The notes under the pieces: generated by a model
The model's database searches: none
What the model was told of the DNA's origin: nothing
The model's input: the letters and a program-made list of their open reading frames with translations, nothing else
Position numbers and translations under genes: made by a program
In this document: in pieces, positions 19,985-30,183 of the stretch
Layout: each line of letters starts with the position of its first letter
Numbering within the stretch: position 1 is the stretch's first letter
DNA from: Ostreococcus lucimarinus
Taxonomy: Eukaryota
Assembly: GCA_000092065.1 (NCBI GenBank)
Contig: CP000601.1
Reading direction: 5' to 3' (one strand)
DNA: 64,000 bases

Positions 19985-20926
19985 ATGCCGCCTCCCTCCC
20001 GCGTCCCTGCCGACGCCGATCGCGCGCGCGCGCGCCGCGAAACGCGCCGCGACGCTTCGTCGTCGGCGACCGACCGACCGCCGTCGTTCGCGCGTTCCCT
20101 CCGCGTCGGCATCGCGAGCGGCGCGTGCGCCGGCATCGCGTGCCAGCTCGTGCTGTTCCCGCTGAACACGCTCAAGACGCGCGCGCAGGCGGGCGGGCGA
20201 TTGACCGCGGACCGGCTGTACGGCGGCGTCGCGGCGGAGCTGCTCGGCGCGGCGCCGGGCACCGCGTTGTTCATGTCGGCGTACGAGTGCGCGAAGAGCA
20301 CGCTCGGGTTGGACCCGTCGATCGCGGCGATGCTCGGCGCGCTGGCGTCGAGCGCGGTGCTGGCGCCGATGGAGCTGATCGCGCGGCGAATGCAAGTGTC
20401 GCGGTTGAGCCTGGCGACGGCGGCGAGGCTGTCGGCGAGACGAGGAGAGCTGTTCGCGGGATTCGGAAGCTTTCTGGCGAGGGAACTGCCGTTCGACACG
20501 ATCCAGATGAGCGCGTTCGAGGCGATGAAACGAGCGACGCTGGCGATCGAGGGCGCGGCGGCGGACGAGAGCGGGAAGAAGACGAAGAAGAAGAGAGCGC
20601 TGGGGAAGCGACAGACGGCGATCATCGGCGGCGTCGCGGGCGGTCTCACGGGATTGGTGACGACGCCGTTTGACGTCTCGCGCACGGCGCACGTGTGCGC
20701 GTCTTCGATGGGAATCGATCTCAAGACGCATCCAAAGGGATTGGCGGGGTTGAAACGACTGAAGGAGAGGTTCGGGATGTCGTTTTTCTTTCGCGGCGCG
20801 GCGCCGCGCGCGCTGGAAATCGGTTTGGGCGGGGTGATTTACTTCACCGTCATCGAAACCACGAGGAGGTACTTTGAGTCGTCGTCCAGAGAGACGAAAG
20901 ACGCGAAGGTTTTGAAAACCGTGTAG
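19985..20926 (+). CDS. Mitochondrial carrier family (SLC25) protein, substrate not assigned
   Basis: Tripartite carrier repeats with P-x-D/N-x-x-K/R signatures (FPLNTLKTRAQ; APMELIARRMQ; TPFDVSRT). Six TM helices predicted. ATG at 19985, TAG at 20924-20926. Confidence 0.8.
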   Translation: MPPPSRVPADADRARARRETRRDASSSATDRPPSFARSLRVGIASGACAGIACQLVLFPLNTLKTRAQAGGRLTADRLYGGVAAELLGAAPGTALFMSAYECAKSTLGLDPSIAAMLGALASSAVLAPMELIARRMQVSRLSLATAARLSARRGELFAGFGSFLARELPFDTIQMSAFEAMKRATLAIEGAAADESGKKTKKKRALGKRQTAIIGGVAGGLTGLVTTPFDVSRTAHVCASSMGIDLKTHPKGLAGLKRLKERFGMSFFFRGAAPRALEIGLGGVIYFTVIETTRRYFESSSRETKDAKVLKTV

Positions 20927-21063
20927 TCGCGTCGCGCTTCGAAGCGAGGCGCGTCGTGTTTAACGTTATTGTGCAGTTGTGATTGATTTGTTGTTGTTTA
21001 CCGCTACGAGACGCCCCGAAGGTTGTCCGCGCCGCGTCCATCTACGACTACGCCTACGACTAA

Positions 21064-22383
21064 TCAGTACTGCTCCGCGAACACGACGTCATCGCTGCGA
21101 TAGTTCTTCTTCTTCTTCTTCAGTCTCACGTTCAGGATCAAGTGCACTTTGCGATTGAGCGCGCGCTCGAGCATCGCTCTGGCGTTGATGCCGATTCGCC
21201 CGACGACTTCGCCCGACTTTCCGACGACTATTTTCCTCTGCGACGCGGTGTCGACTAAAATATTTTGCTCTATGCGCGCGTCACCGTTTCTAAAGTCTTC
21301 CCACGAGACGTGCGCGATGTCGATGCCGTACGGTAAATCTTCGTGCACGCCGTCGTACACGCTCTCGCGCACGATTTCCAGCGCCCTCTGCGCCGGCGTC
21401 ATATCGCTCGTCGACGTCGCGTCGAACTCCCACGGCGCCTCCCGAGCGCCGGCGACGATGTGATCCATCAGCGCTCTCGTTCCCGCCCCCGTGAGCGCGC
21501 TGACGGGAAACACGCGCGCGAATTCAAAATCCCCCGCGGCGCGGAAATCGTCCACCATCTTCGTCAACCCCGCGCGTCGCTCCTTCGGAATCTTATCAAC
21601 CTTATTCAGCACCAGCACCGCCTCCGGCGGCGCGCGCATCTCCCCCAGCGCCGCTCGCGTCTTTCGCACCGCCTCCAGCACGCGCAAATCCCGTCGCTCC
21701 AACTGTCTCGCCGCGTCCACGACGAAGACCAACGCGTCGCACTCGCTCGCCAGCGCCGTCGCGTCCTCCACCTTTCTCGCGTGCGCCGCGTTCCTGTAGT
21801 GCTCGCGCCCCACGATCCCCGGCGCGTCCACGAACACCACCTGCGCGTCCCCGACCGTGCGCACCCCCAGCGCGCGCGTCCGCGTCGTGTTCGTCTTTCG
21901 ACTCACCGCGCTCACCGCGTCGCCGACGAGCGCGCACGCCAGCGCGCTCTTCCCCGCGTTCGGCGCGCCCAGCACGCCGACCCGCGACAACTTTTCGACG
22001 CGACGCGCGCCGTCGTCGCGGTACGCGCCGTCGCGCGCGTCCGCGCGCGCCGTCGCGTCCCACGCGCGCGCTCGCCGCGCCGCCGCCGCCGCCGCCGCGC
22101 GCGTCGACCGCGCGATCGCCGCCGCCACCGCCGCGCGTCGACGCTTCGACTCCAGGTACGACGACGACGGCGCGCACCGCGACGACGTCGTCCCGTCGCA
22201 CGCGCCGCGCGCGCGCGCGCCGCGACGCCACCGCGACGCCGGCATCGACGACGACGTCGATTCGCGCCCTTCGCCGCCGCCGACGCGCGGCGCGGCGTCC
22301 GCGACCGCCGACGCGCCGCGCGCGGGTCGCGACGCGTTCGACGCGCCCGCGACGACGCGACGAAGCGCGCGCGACGCCGACAT
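21064..22383 (-). CDS. ERAL1: Era-like GTPase (ERAL1/Era family) with a C-terminal KH domain and an N-terminal organellar presequence
   Basis: G1 VGVLGAPNAGKSAL, G2 T, G3 FVDAPGI, G4 VLNKVDK, G5 SAL. KH domain RKIVVGKSGEVVGRIGINARAMLERALNRKVHLILNVRLKK. The start is chosen at the ATG (reverse complement of 22381-22383; MSASRALRRVVAG..). The upstream 183 codons of the track ORF (TTG start) are GC-rich low complexity. Start confidence is moderate. Confidence 0.8.
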   Translation of the reverse strand: MSASRALRRVVAGASNASRPARGASAVADAAPRVGGGEGRESTSSSMPASRWRRGARARGACDGTTSSRCAPSSSYLESKRRRAAVAAAIARSTRAAAAAAARRARAWDATARADARDGAYRDDGARRVEKLSRVGVLGAPNAGKSALACALVGDAVSAVSRKTNTTRTRALGVRTVGDAQVVFVDAPGIVGREHYRNAAHARKVEDATALASECDALVFVVDAARQLERRDLRVLEAVRKTRAALGEMRAPPEAVLVLNKVDKIPKERRAGLTKMVDDFRAAGDFEFARVFPVSALTGAGTRALMDHIVAGAREAPWEFDATSTSDMTPAQRALEIVRESVYDGVHEDLPYGIDIAHVSWEDFRNGDARIEQNILVDTASQRKIVVGKSGEVVGRIGINARAMLERALNRKVHLILNVRLKKKKKNYRSDDVVFAEQY

Positions 22384-22861
22384 CGCGACGCACGAACGCG
22401 AATCGATTCGATCCTCGCGCGGCACTGTGCCGCGCGCGTCGACCGCGCCGCGATGCGCGTCGCGCGCGCGGACGTCGCGACGACGAGCGAAGACGCCGCG
22501 ACGACGGCGACGACCTCGATCGACGCGGCGAAACCGCCCTCGACGGCGACGCGGCGCCGCGAGCTGGACAAAGCCGAGAAGAAGGCGCGGCGAATGGCCG
22601 AGATCGACGCGTTCTTGCGAGCGCGCGAAGTCGCCGCGGCGCGCGAAGACGCGTCGCGGGATGACGCGGACGGCGACGCGTCGAACGGCGCGGCTCGACG
22701 ACGCGAAAACGAAAAGAAAAAGAAACCGACCGCCGCGGCCGACGGCGTCGCCGCCGCGGCCGACGGCGCGCGCGTCTCGCGCGAGTGGTTCGCCGCCTTC
22801 GCCGTCGTCGCGTTCTTCGCCGTCGTCGGCGGCGCGTATTCCTTGTATTCTTTCGTCGCGC

Positions 22862-22930
22862 GCGTGGCGTCGCGCGCGTTCGCGTCGTAGCGTCGTCAGG
22901 CGTCGCGCGCGTTCGCGTCGTAGCGTTGGC
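22862..22930. repeat. Short tandem duplication (about 30-bp unit x2, GGCGTCGCGCGCGTTCGCGTCGTAGCGT) in the intergenic region
   Basis: Directly visible near-identical adjacent copies between the ERAL1 5' region and the hypothetical gene at 23172. Confidence 0.6.
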
Positions 22931-23171
22931 AACGACCAAACGAAAATCCGCGCCCATCGGTTCCCGACTCGTCGCGCGTTCCGAGACCGCCGAGAATCGG
23001 CGCGTTCCGATACCGCCGAGGATCGAATCGACGAAAATCGACGCGGCGCGTCGCCGCGCGAGCGGTCGCGGTCGACGCCGCGCCGCAGTTCGCGACGTGC
23101 GCTCGGGGTGGGCGTCTCCGGACAGTCGGCGCGGCCACCTCGCGCGCGACGTCCGAGACGCGCGCGGGCGC

Positions 23172-23768
23172 ATGTGCCTGATCACGGACGAACACGGGAA
23201 CGCGCTTCCGGCGCTCGCGCGGTCGCCGGCGATGGGAACGTCGTCGAGCCGGGTGAAGGTGCCCTCGCCGCGGCGAGACGCGGCGGCGCGACGGGACGTC
23301 GCGAGCGCGCCGGCGTCGCCGCGCCGCGCGCGACGCGCGCCGAAGCGCGAGGACGCGAACGCGCGCGTCGAGTTTCGTCCGCGCGCGGTCTCGCGCGACG
23401 CGCGAAAGCACCGGCGCGCGAAGAGCGAAGAGGCGCGCGCGCGGGACGTCCCGAGACGAGAACGAGAACGAGAACGAGAACGCGCGGGGACGCTTTTCCA
23501 AGATTTCGACGCGCTCGGGATCGAACGGCGCGACGATTCGTCGGAATCGTCGCGCGCGGACGAGGGCGAACGACGCGCGAAGCCTCGCGTGGGTTACGCC
23601 TCGGTGGCGCCGATGAAGGAAATTCTACAGACCCGCGGGGGCTCCGCGCTCGAGGCGCTCGGGATTTTATTTCGAGATTCCGATCGAGAATTCGAGCGCG
23701 CGGCGGCGACGACGACGCCGTCGAGCGATGATTATTCTCGTCGTCTATCCTCGCGAGACGCGCTGTGA
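23172..23768 (+). CDS. Hypothetical low-complexity protein (198 aa) with an RE/RS-rich central region
   Basis: An ATG at 23172 opens an ORF with consistent G/C third positions: MCLITDEHGNALPALARSPAMGTSSSRVKVPSPRR.. RERERERE (from a (GAGAAC)4 repeat) ..FQDFDALGIERRDD..GYASVAPMKEILQTRGGSALEALGILFRD... No family recognised. The surrounding region is packed with overlapping GC-rich spurious ORFs, so confidence is low. Confidence 0.3.
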   Translation: MCLITDEHGNALPALARSPAMGTSSSRVKVPSPRRDAAARRDVASAPASPRRARRAPKREDANARVEFRPRAVSRDARKHRRAKSEEARARDVPRRERERERERAGTLFQDFDALGIERRDDSSESSRADEGERRAKPRVGYASVAPMKEILQTRGGSALEALGILFRDSDREFERAAATTTPSSDDYSRRLSSRDAL

Positions 23769-23993
23769 TGCGGACCGGTCGCGCGTCGGCGAAACATTTT
23801 TTGAGTGAAATTTGGTCGGAACGGCGAGGACGCCGTCGAGGTCGGCGTCCCGTCGCGAACTCGCGACGCGCTCACGAAACCATCCCGCGATGCACCCACG
23901 AAACCATTCTTTTGTAACAACAGCGCGCTACGAGATCCACGCGCGTTCGCGCCATCCGCGCGATCGATCGCGTCTTTAAAGAACCGCTCGCGA

Positions 23994-24371
23994 TCAACCG
24001 AACGCGATTCTCGCCGCGACGGCGACCGCCGCGAAACCGAGGGACGCGCCCGCGCCCATCGCGAACGCCGACCCGATCTGCGTCCCGATTCCCTCGCGCG
24101 CGGACGCGCCTGGATCGTCCGCTAAAAATTCCGTCGCGGGGCGCGGCGCGCCGACCGCGGAGGTTTCGCCGGTGCGAGGATTCCAAAAGTACACGCGCCG
24201 CGTCTCGCGGTCCACCACCGGTCGCCAAGGATTGGCGTCCGACGACGACGACGACGACGCGACGTCGCTCGAGTCGCGGCGGACGACGTCTTTGCCCGCG
24301 CCGGACGCGAACGCGCGCGCGTCGGCGACGCGCGGGACGAGGCGCGCGAGGCGACGGAGGGGCGGGGACAT
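23994..24371 (-). CDS. Small WW-domain protein (125 aa) with an N-terminal presequence and a C-terminal glycine-zipper TM helix
   Basis: ATG is the reverse complement of 24369-24371 (the track M at 24443 is TTG). WW domain NPWRPVVDRETRRVYFWNPRTGETS. C-terminal TM GSAFAMGAGASLGFAAVAVAARIAF. N-terminus MSPPLRRLARLVPRVADARAFAS is presequence-like. The ATG lies only 79 bp downstream of the eIF3e stop on the same strand. Confidence 0.4.
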   Translation of the reverse strand: MSPPLRRLARLVPRVADARAFASGAGKDVVRRDSSDVASSSSSSDANPWRPVVDRETRRVYFWNPRTGETSAVGAPRPATEFLADDPGASAREGIGTQIGSAFAMGAGASLGFAAVAVAARIAFG

Positions 24372-24450
24372 CGCGCGCGCGAGGCGAAGTGACGCGAGGG
24401 ACGCGGCGCGGCGCGAACTATACCGGTGCGTTGACGATGACAAATTGTCG

Positions 24451-25988
24451 TTAATACGCCTGCGCCTGGGTGTTGGCCAACACGGCTTGCGTGAGGGCGG
24501 TGGTCTTGGACAGCAAGGCTTTGGTCTTTTCGATGATTTGCTCGTTGACGGATTTCTTCTCGACGTGCACGTGCACGAAGCCGGCTTCGGAATCGATTCG
24601 CGCGTTGAGCTTACTGCCGCGGATGAGAGTCGCGATGGTGGCCTCGACGTCGGCGGCGGGCATACCGAGCATTTGCGCCAAGTTGGCGATGTCGATGCGC
24701 TTGTTCACCTTGCAGTAGTTTTCGATGACGTACTGTCGAGCGTTTTCGTCAAACGCGTCCTTGCAGCCGATTAAAAAGAAATCCTTTTCAATCATCGCGT
24801 CGCACTTCTTCAGCATCTCTTGCGTCTTGGAGAAGTCGTAGTCGACGAAGGCCGCGACGACGAAGTCGAGCGCGGGATCGTCGTACACGTCGCTCTGGAT
24901 AATCTTCACTAAGTCTTTGAGCATGTTGCGGCGCTTCTTGTTGGCGACGATGGCGACGGCGAGGTAACGCAACAAATGCGGCGCCTCTTGTTGCACCGCT
25001 TGCATGTATCGCTCCTGGAACAACACGTCGATGATCAAGTTGCGACCGTTCGGGTGGTTGAAGAAGACGAACAGGGCGTAATGCAACAACCACGCGCGCT
25101 GCTTCATCTTGACGAGGTTGCTCGTGCTCGCGTTGCTCTCCAACGCGTCTCGCAACCTATTCATGTCGTCCAGAGCCCCGCCCCAGTTCCGCAACAAAAT
25201 GTCCGCCGCGAACTTCCCCCACAGCGCGCTCTCGCACCGCTCGTTGTCCGCGCTCAACAACTGCACCGCGCCCAAGTGCTCCGAGGCGTTTTCGTAATCG
25301 CCGCACTCGTACTCAAACTTGGCAAACTTGTACAGCGCGTCCACGTCCGCGCTCGTCACCCCGTGATTATCCTCCGCGAACTTCGCGTTCGCCGCCTTAT
25401 CCCGTCGCAAGTTCTTGATCAGCGCCCCATCGCTCGCGAACTTCACCGCCCGCGCCGCCGCCTTCCCCAGCGCCGCGTGCGCCTCCACCGTCGCGTCCCG
25501 CCTCGCCTTCGCCTCCGCCGCCGATCCCGACCCGCTCGCCTCCGCGCGCGCCTCCTCCGCCCAATCGCACATCTTCGTCTTCACCAGCGTCGCCAGCTTC
25601 GCCTCTCGCAGCGACTTCGCATCGTGCGTGCCCTCCGCGAGCGCGAACTCCAGCAGCGGCAGCGTCAGGTGCGCGTCCAGCCGCGCCGCGATCTGCGTCG
25701 TCGTCCCGCGCTCCGTCAGTCCTCGCGCTCGACCGCGGCGCGTCGGCCCTTCGCGTCCGCGACGCGTTCGCGATGCGTTACTCTTCGCCCGCGTCCTCGC
25801 GCGTCCGCCGCCGTCGCGCGCGCCGCGTCGCCGTCGCGATCGCGCAAACCCTGCCGCCGCCGCGTCGCCGCGTTCGCGTTCGCCGTCCGCTCGTCGCGTC
25901 GCCGCCCGTCGTCTCCCGTCGTCTCCCGTCGCGCGTCGCGTCGCGCTCGCGTCGCGTCGCGTCGCACCGTCGACGTCAGGTCGCGCAT
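24451..25988 (-). CDS. EIF3E: Eukaryotic translation initiation factor 3 subunit E (eIF3e/INT6), two exons: 25968-25988 and 24451-25692
   Basis: A 21-nt first coding exon (MRDLTST) with a GTGCGA donor joins a CAG|ATC acceptor. The product MRDLTSTIAARLDAHLTLPLLEF.. is colinear and equal in length with human/Arabidopsis eIF3e N-termini ([22 protein letters not shown]). The rest matches eIF3e over its full length, including the PCI domain and C-terminal ..NTQAQAY. The 635-aa track ORF has no in-frame ATG before this region, which supports the splice. Confidence 0.85.
25693..25967 (-). other. EIF3E: eIF3e intron (275 nt, GT..AG, phase 0), contains a 10-bp direct duplication GTCTCCCGTC x2
   Basis: Minus-strand donor GTGCGACGC and acceptor ACGACGCAG. 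The splice is required to join the only in-frame ATG to the conserved eIF3e body. Confidence 0.75.
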
Positions 25989-26231
25989 CGCGCGTCGCCG
26001 TGTCGCGCGCGCGCCGTCGATCGCGCGATCCGTCGGCGCTAATTAAATCACACCGCCCGTATTGAAGCACCGCGCAAACAGCGCGCTGACTGCGCCTCCA
26101 TACGTCGTATTCGAGAACGAATTCGTTCGAGACGTCGACGCGCGGGCGTCGAAAATGTCGTCTGTACTGTTTACGCACATACGGTCGGTCGCCCCGCCGC
26201 CACGCGCCGCCGCGTCCCGGTAACGCGTCAC

Positions 26232-27623
26232 ATGGCGCTCGCGCCCGGCGCGTACCGCGCGCGCGAGCGCGCGCCCGCGCGCGATGGCCACGACGCGGCG
26301 CGCGCGACGGTCGCGTTCGATCCGGCGCGTCGCGCGGCGACGCCCGCGATCGACGCAAACGCGCCGACAGCGACCGACGCGAAAGCGGATAACGCGCGCG
26401 CGGGACGCGCGGCGACGGCGTGGCGACCGCGCGCGAAGCCGCCGCGCGCGCGACCGCTGAGGTTCGAGATGGACGCGACGCGACGGGAGGTGGCGAGCGA
26501 ACGGGCGTATGCGCTCAGCGCGCGGTTCGCGGCGCGCGTGGCGTGGTGCTGCCAGGAGGGATGTTATCCGCACAAGGATCATCACGTGAATCAGGACGCG
26601 TGCGCGACGTGGGAGGGAAGGGAGATGGCGCACGAGGAGGCGGTGATCGATGGGGAGGGAAACGATGCGGTGGCGCGGCGAGAGACGGGACGGGTGCTGG
26701 TGGGGGTGTTCGATGGGCACGGGAAGCACGGGGAGGAGTGCGCGCAAATCGCGCGGGCGACGTTCGCGGAGACGCTGGCGAGGGAGACGCGGGGAGGCGC
26801 GGCGCTGAGGGATGGGTACGCGCGGACGTTCGAGGCGGTGAACGCGGTGGTGTGCAAAGAGATGGGGGAGAACGCGTCGTTTTCGGGGTCGACGGCGATC
26901 ACGGCGCTGTTTGATGACGAAGGCGTGGTGCGCGTGGGAAACGTCGGGGATTCGCGATGCGTCGTCGGCGTCGAGCGCGCGGCGGGCGTCGCGGTCGGGA
27001 ATCGACACACGAGGCGATGGGAGGTGAGAGATTTGACGCATGATCAGACGTGCTTTCGCGCGGACGAGCGCGCGCGGATGAAAGCGGAGGCGACGTCGCC
27101 GATGACGTTCGCCACCATCGGCATGGTTTTGGGCGAAACCGAGGCGCACGAGGACTTTGGCGACGGCGAACCGGGTTCGGACGAGGAATATTGCGACGAC
27201 CCGCCGCGCGTTTTCATGGCTGGTTATCGTTTTCCCGGATGCGCGTTCACTCGCTCGATCGGTGACACCGTGGGGAAGTCGCTCGGCGTGAGCGCGACGC
27301 CCGAGATGAGCGAGTTTGACTTGAACGCCGAGCCGTCGACGCGGTGCGTCGTCGTCGCCTCCGACGGCGTGTTCGAGTTCATGTCCAGCGCGGAAACGAT
27401 GGCGATCGCGGAGAAATTTTACGAGGAGAACATGCCCGGTGCCGCCGAACGCGCCGCGCACGCCATCGTGCGCGCCGCGTTCTCGCGTTGGCAAGAGCAC
27501 GACGAGCGAGCCGACGACATCACCGCCGTGGTGACGTTTATTTATCCGCTCGACTCCGACACGTCCACGGCGACGGTGGTGGTGAACGACATGGACGATG
27601 CGCTTAATAAACTCTTGTTGTAG
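26232..27623 (+). CDS. PP2C-family (PPM) serine/threonine protein phosphatase
   Basis: PP2C motifs: VGVFDGHGKHGEECAQ (motif 1/2 metal-binding D-G-H-G), GSTAITALF, RVGNVGDSRCVV, ..VASDGVFEF.. with C-terminal DD. ATG at 26232; divergent from eIF3e with about 243 bp between the ATGs. Confidence 0.85.
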   Translation: MALAPGAYRARERAPARDGHDAARATVAFDPARRAATPAIDANAPTATDAKADNARAGRAATAWRPRAKPPRARPLRFEMDATRREVASERAYALSARFAARVAWCCQEGCYPHKDHHVNQDACATWEGREMAHEEAVIDGEGNDAVARRETGRVLVGVFDGHGKHGEECAQIARATFAETLARETRGGAALRDGYARTFEAVNAVVCKEMGENASFSGSTAITALFDDEGVVRVGNVGDSRCVVGVERAAGVAVGNRHTRRWEVRDLTHDQTCFRADERARMKAEATSPMTFATIGMVLGETEAHEDFGDGEPGSDEEYCDDPPRVFMAGYRFPGCAFTRSIGDTVGKSLGVSATPEMSEFDLNAEPSTRCVVVASDGVFEFMSSAETMAIAEKFYEENMPGAAERAAHAIVRAAFSRWQEHDERADDITAVVTFIYPLDSDTSTATVVVNDMDDALNKLLL

Positions 27624-27787
27624 ACTAGACTGCGTGCGCGCGCGATTCTTTCTTAATACCGATATTATAAGCGTTATCGCTAAGCGAGACACCACCGCGC
27701 TTCGGCGTTCGACGTTCCGATGAATAGAATTAAAATTCGTTTGAGCTACTGATGATGAACGATCGATGCGATTTTCGTTGCCTACGA

Positions 27788-29689
27788 CTAGCGCGCCTTC
27801 GCTGTCTCTTCCTCGATGATCTCTTTCGCGCGCTCGAGTTTCTCCGACGTGTCCCCGTCAACGTCGTCGACGGCGGCGTCGAACTCGTCCGCGCTCGCCG
27901 TCGGGGCGTCGATGGACCCTCGAACGACGTCGACGTCTTCCAGGTTGCTCAACGCCATACCGGTGACGTACGTGCCGTCCATCTCTCGCCCACCTCGCCC
28001 ATCGCGGCGCTTGAGCTTGACGTGCAAGCCGTTCGTGGTGTGAATCGTCGCGCCCGTCGTCATGCCGCATTCGCCGTCGGGGTGCTTGGACTCGTCGAGT
28101 TCAAAGTCGAATCGTCGCATGAGCATGGCGAGCGACACGATTGACTCAAAAATAGCAAACTGATCGCCCACGCATTTGCGCTGGCCACCGCCGAAGGGCA
28201 AGTACGCGTACTCTTCGGTGTACTCGTTCGGCATCGGGGCGTCGATCGGGAAGCGTTCGGGCTTGAACGCGTCGGGTTCGTCCCAAATCCGCGGGTTTCT
28301 GTGCAAGTTCCAAACCGAAATGAAGAAGTCGGTTCCGGCGTCGATGTTGTACCCTCCGAGGGTGACGGGCTCTAACGCGCGCCTGATTAACACCGGAGGT
28401 TGCGGGTAAAGTCGCATGGACTCGTTGATGACGCGCGTCGTGTACACGAGCGCGCGCATATCCGCCACCGTCGGGTTGCGGTCGCCGACGACGCGGTCAA
28501 CCTCCTCGAATACCTTGGCCTTCACTTCGGGGTGCTTGGCGAGCAAAAATGTCGTCCACGTCAGCACCGCGGCGGTGGTTTCGTGGCCGGCGATCAGGAG
28601 CGTCATTAAATCATCGCGAAGTTGCTTGGACGTCACGTCGTCGCCGCTCGCGATGAGAAAGTGCAAAATGCTCGGATCGTCCGTGTTCATGTACTCCTCG
28701 ACGAATTCCTCATCCTCTTCCTCCACCACGGCTTTGCATCGGTTGATGAGGTCATCCAAGGTGTCGTTCACCACTTGCAGCGCCTCCTGGCACTGACGCT
28801 GCCTCGGCACGAGCCAGCGAAGCGGGGGAACCTTCCAATAGGGAATAAACGTCACGCTCCGGTACTCGGCTTCGCGCAAAACCGTGTACACGGCTTTGAT
28901 CACGGGGTCGTCCGTGGACAAGGAGTCGAAATCGTAATTGAACACCGCCTTGCCTATGATATCCAAGGCGAATCGCGAGTAAAAGTTCTCCATCTCCACC
29001 GACTCGTTCGCCTTCTCCGCGCGCGCGAGCTGCGACATCCCCTTCAACCCGCAGTCGCCGAACATGTCCACCATGGACGTGACGTACTTTTTGTGCAAGC
29101 TCGGCACGATCACCTTGCGTCGAATCTTCCACACCTCACCGTTCGCCGGGATTAACCCCTGACCCATGACAAAGTCCAAAATCTCCGACAGCAATCCCTT
29201 GGAGAAGCTCTTCGCCTGCGTGAGCAACATCTCCTTGGCCACCGCGTTGTCGCTCACGACGACGAATTTCTTCGGCCCGATCGCCAGGACGAACATCTCC
29301 CCGTACGCCAAGAACAGCTTATACAGCGGCACAAAAACCGGTTGTCCCGCGATCTCGCGAATGTCCCCGCTCGCCACCGGCATCTTCGACATCGCCTCGG
29401 CGCGCCACCGCCTCGATAACCTCGCGAGCGCCAGCGACACCCCTCGCCCCACCGGTCCCGCGTCTTCGGGCACCAGTCCCCGCAGCCCGTCCGCCACCTT
29501 TCGAAACGGTCCCGTGGACGACGCCTTCGTGAACTCTCCGCTCGCGATGCGCTCCTCGAGCGTCAGCGCCTTTTTATCGTCGCCCGACGCCGCCGCGCGC
29601 GTCCCGGCTCGCGCGCGTCCCGGCCCTCGTCCCGCCCATCGCGCGCGTCCCATCGCGCGCTCGTCCCGCGCCGTCGCGCCGCATCGAGG
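27788..29689 (-). CDS. CYP97: Cytochrome P450 CYP97 family (carotenoid ring hydroxylase, LUT5/CYP97A-like) with a plastid transit peptide and an acidic C-terminal extension
   Basis: Near-colinear with Arabidopsis CYP97A3: PVFVPLYKLFLAYGEMFVL..GLIPANGEVWKIRRKVIVPSLHKKYV..FNYDFDSL..LIAGHETTAAVLTWT..ESMRLYPQPPVLIRR..FISVWNLHRNP..PFGGGQRKCVGDQFA (haem Cys). The start is chosen at the ATG near 29689 (MPRCGATARD..), which leaves about a 115-aa presequence. An upstream alternative ATG (MPTTTMRTT..) is possible. Confidence 0.85.
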   Translation of the reverse strand, partial: PRCGATARDERAMGRARWAGRGPGRARAGTRAAASGDDKKALTLEERIASGEFTKASSTGPFRKVADGLRGLVPEDAGPVGRGVSLALARLSRRWRAEAMSKMPVASGDIREIAGQPVFVPLYKLFLAYGEMFVLAIGPKKFVVVSDNAVAKEMLLTQAKSFSKGLLSEILDFVMGQGLIPANGEVWKIRRKVIVPSLHKKYVTSMVDMFGDCGLKGMSQLARAEKANESVEMENFYSRFALDIIGKAVFNYDFDSLSTDDPVIKAVYTVLREAEYRSVTFIPYWKVPPLRWLVPRQRQCQEALQVVNDTLDDLINRCKAVVEEEDEEFVEEYMNTDDPSILHFLIASGDDVTSKQLRDDLMTLLIAGHETTAAVLTWTTFLLAKHPEVKAKVFEEVDRVVGDRNPTVADMRALVYTTRVINESMRLYPQPPVLIRRALEPVTLGGYNIDAGTDFFISVWNLHRNPRIWDEPDAFKPERFPIDAPMPNEYTEEYAYLPFGGGQRKCVGDQFAIFESIVSLAMLMRRFDFELDESKHPDGECGMTTGATIHTTNGLHVKLKRRDGRGGREMDGTYVTGMALSNLEDVDVVRGSIDAPTASADEFDAAVDDVDGDTSEKLERAKEIIEEETAKAR

Positions 29690-29749
29690 CATCGCGCGTC
29701 GTCGCCCGTCGTCGCGCGCGCGTCCCTCGCGCGCGCGTCGCCCGCCGCG

Positions 29750-29780
<31 letters not shown>

Positions 29781-30183
29781 CGCATCGTCGTCGTCGGCAT
29801 CGTCGCCACCGCGGCGTCCGTCGGCGCTCGCGCGCGGTCGAGCGCGGTCGAGTCGACGCTCGAGTCGCGCGCGCGCGGTCGAGCGCGCGCCGGCGCGTCG
29901 CGCGGTCGCGTCGCGTCGCGGTGTGGCGCGTGGCGCCGTCGTGGATAGCGTTTCGAGAAAATATACGTGATGGGGTAAATATGAATCACAATACTGGTCG
30001 TACGTATTCGGACATACGGGTGTGTGTATTTAGTGTACGTGATAGTTTAGTGTAAGCATCGTCGCGCGCTCGATCGCGCGCGCGCCGTCGAATCGCGCGA
30101 GACGTCGGCGCGGCGCGGCGCCGACGCGACGACGCGACGCGCGCTCGAACGTCGGCGTTCGAACGCGCCGGCGCGGCGCGCGA

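Noticed and set aside
17096-20731. Long antisense ORFs (578 aa at 17096-18832 minus; 595 aa at 18944-20731 minus; 420 aa at 19411-20673 plus)
   Set aside because: They lie opposite or out of frame to the aminopeptidase N and mitochondrial carrier genes. They are R/H/G-rich low-complexity translations, typical of high-GC DNA where stop codons are rare.
21602-23731. 527-aa minus and 624-aa plus ORFs plus several 200-300 aa ORFs in the 21.6-23.7 kb region
   Set aside because: Poly-Arg/Ala/Gly translations of GC-rich sequence overlapping the ERAL1 gene and its upstream region. Only the 23172-23768 piece shows protein-like composition, and I kept it at low confidence.
26043-27695. 550-aa minus-strand ORF antisense to the PP2C gene
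   Set aside because: Antisense artefact. The plus strand carries all PP2C motifs.
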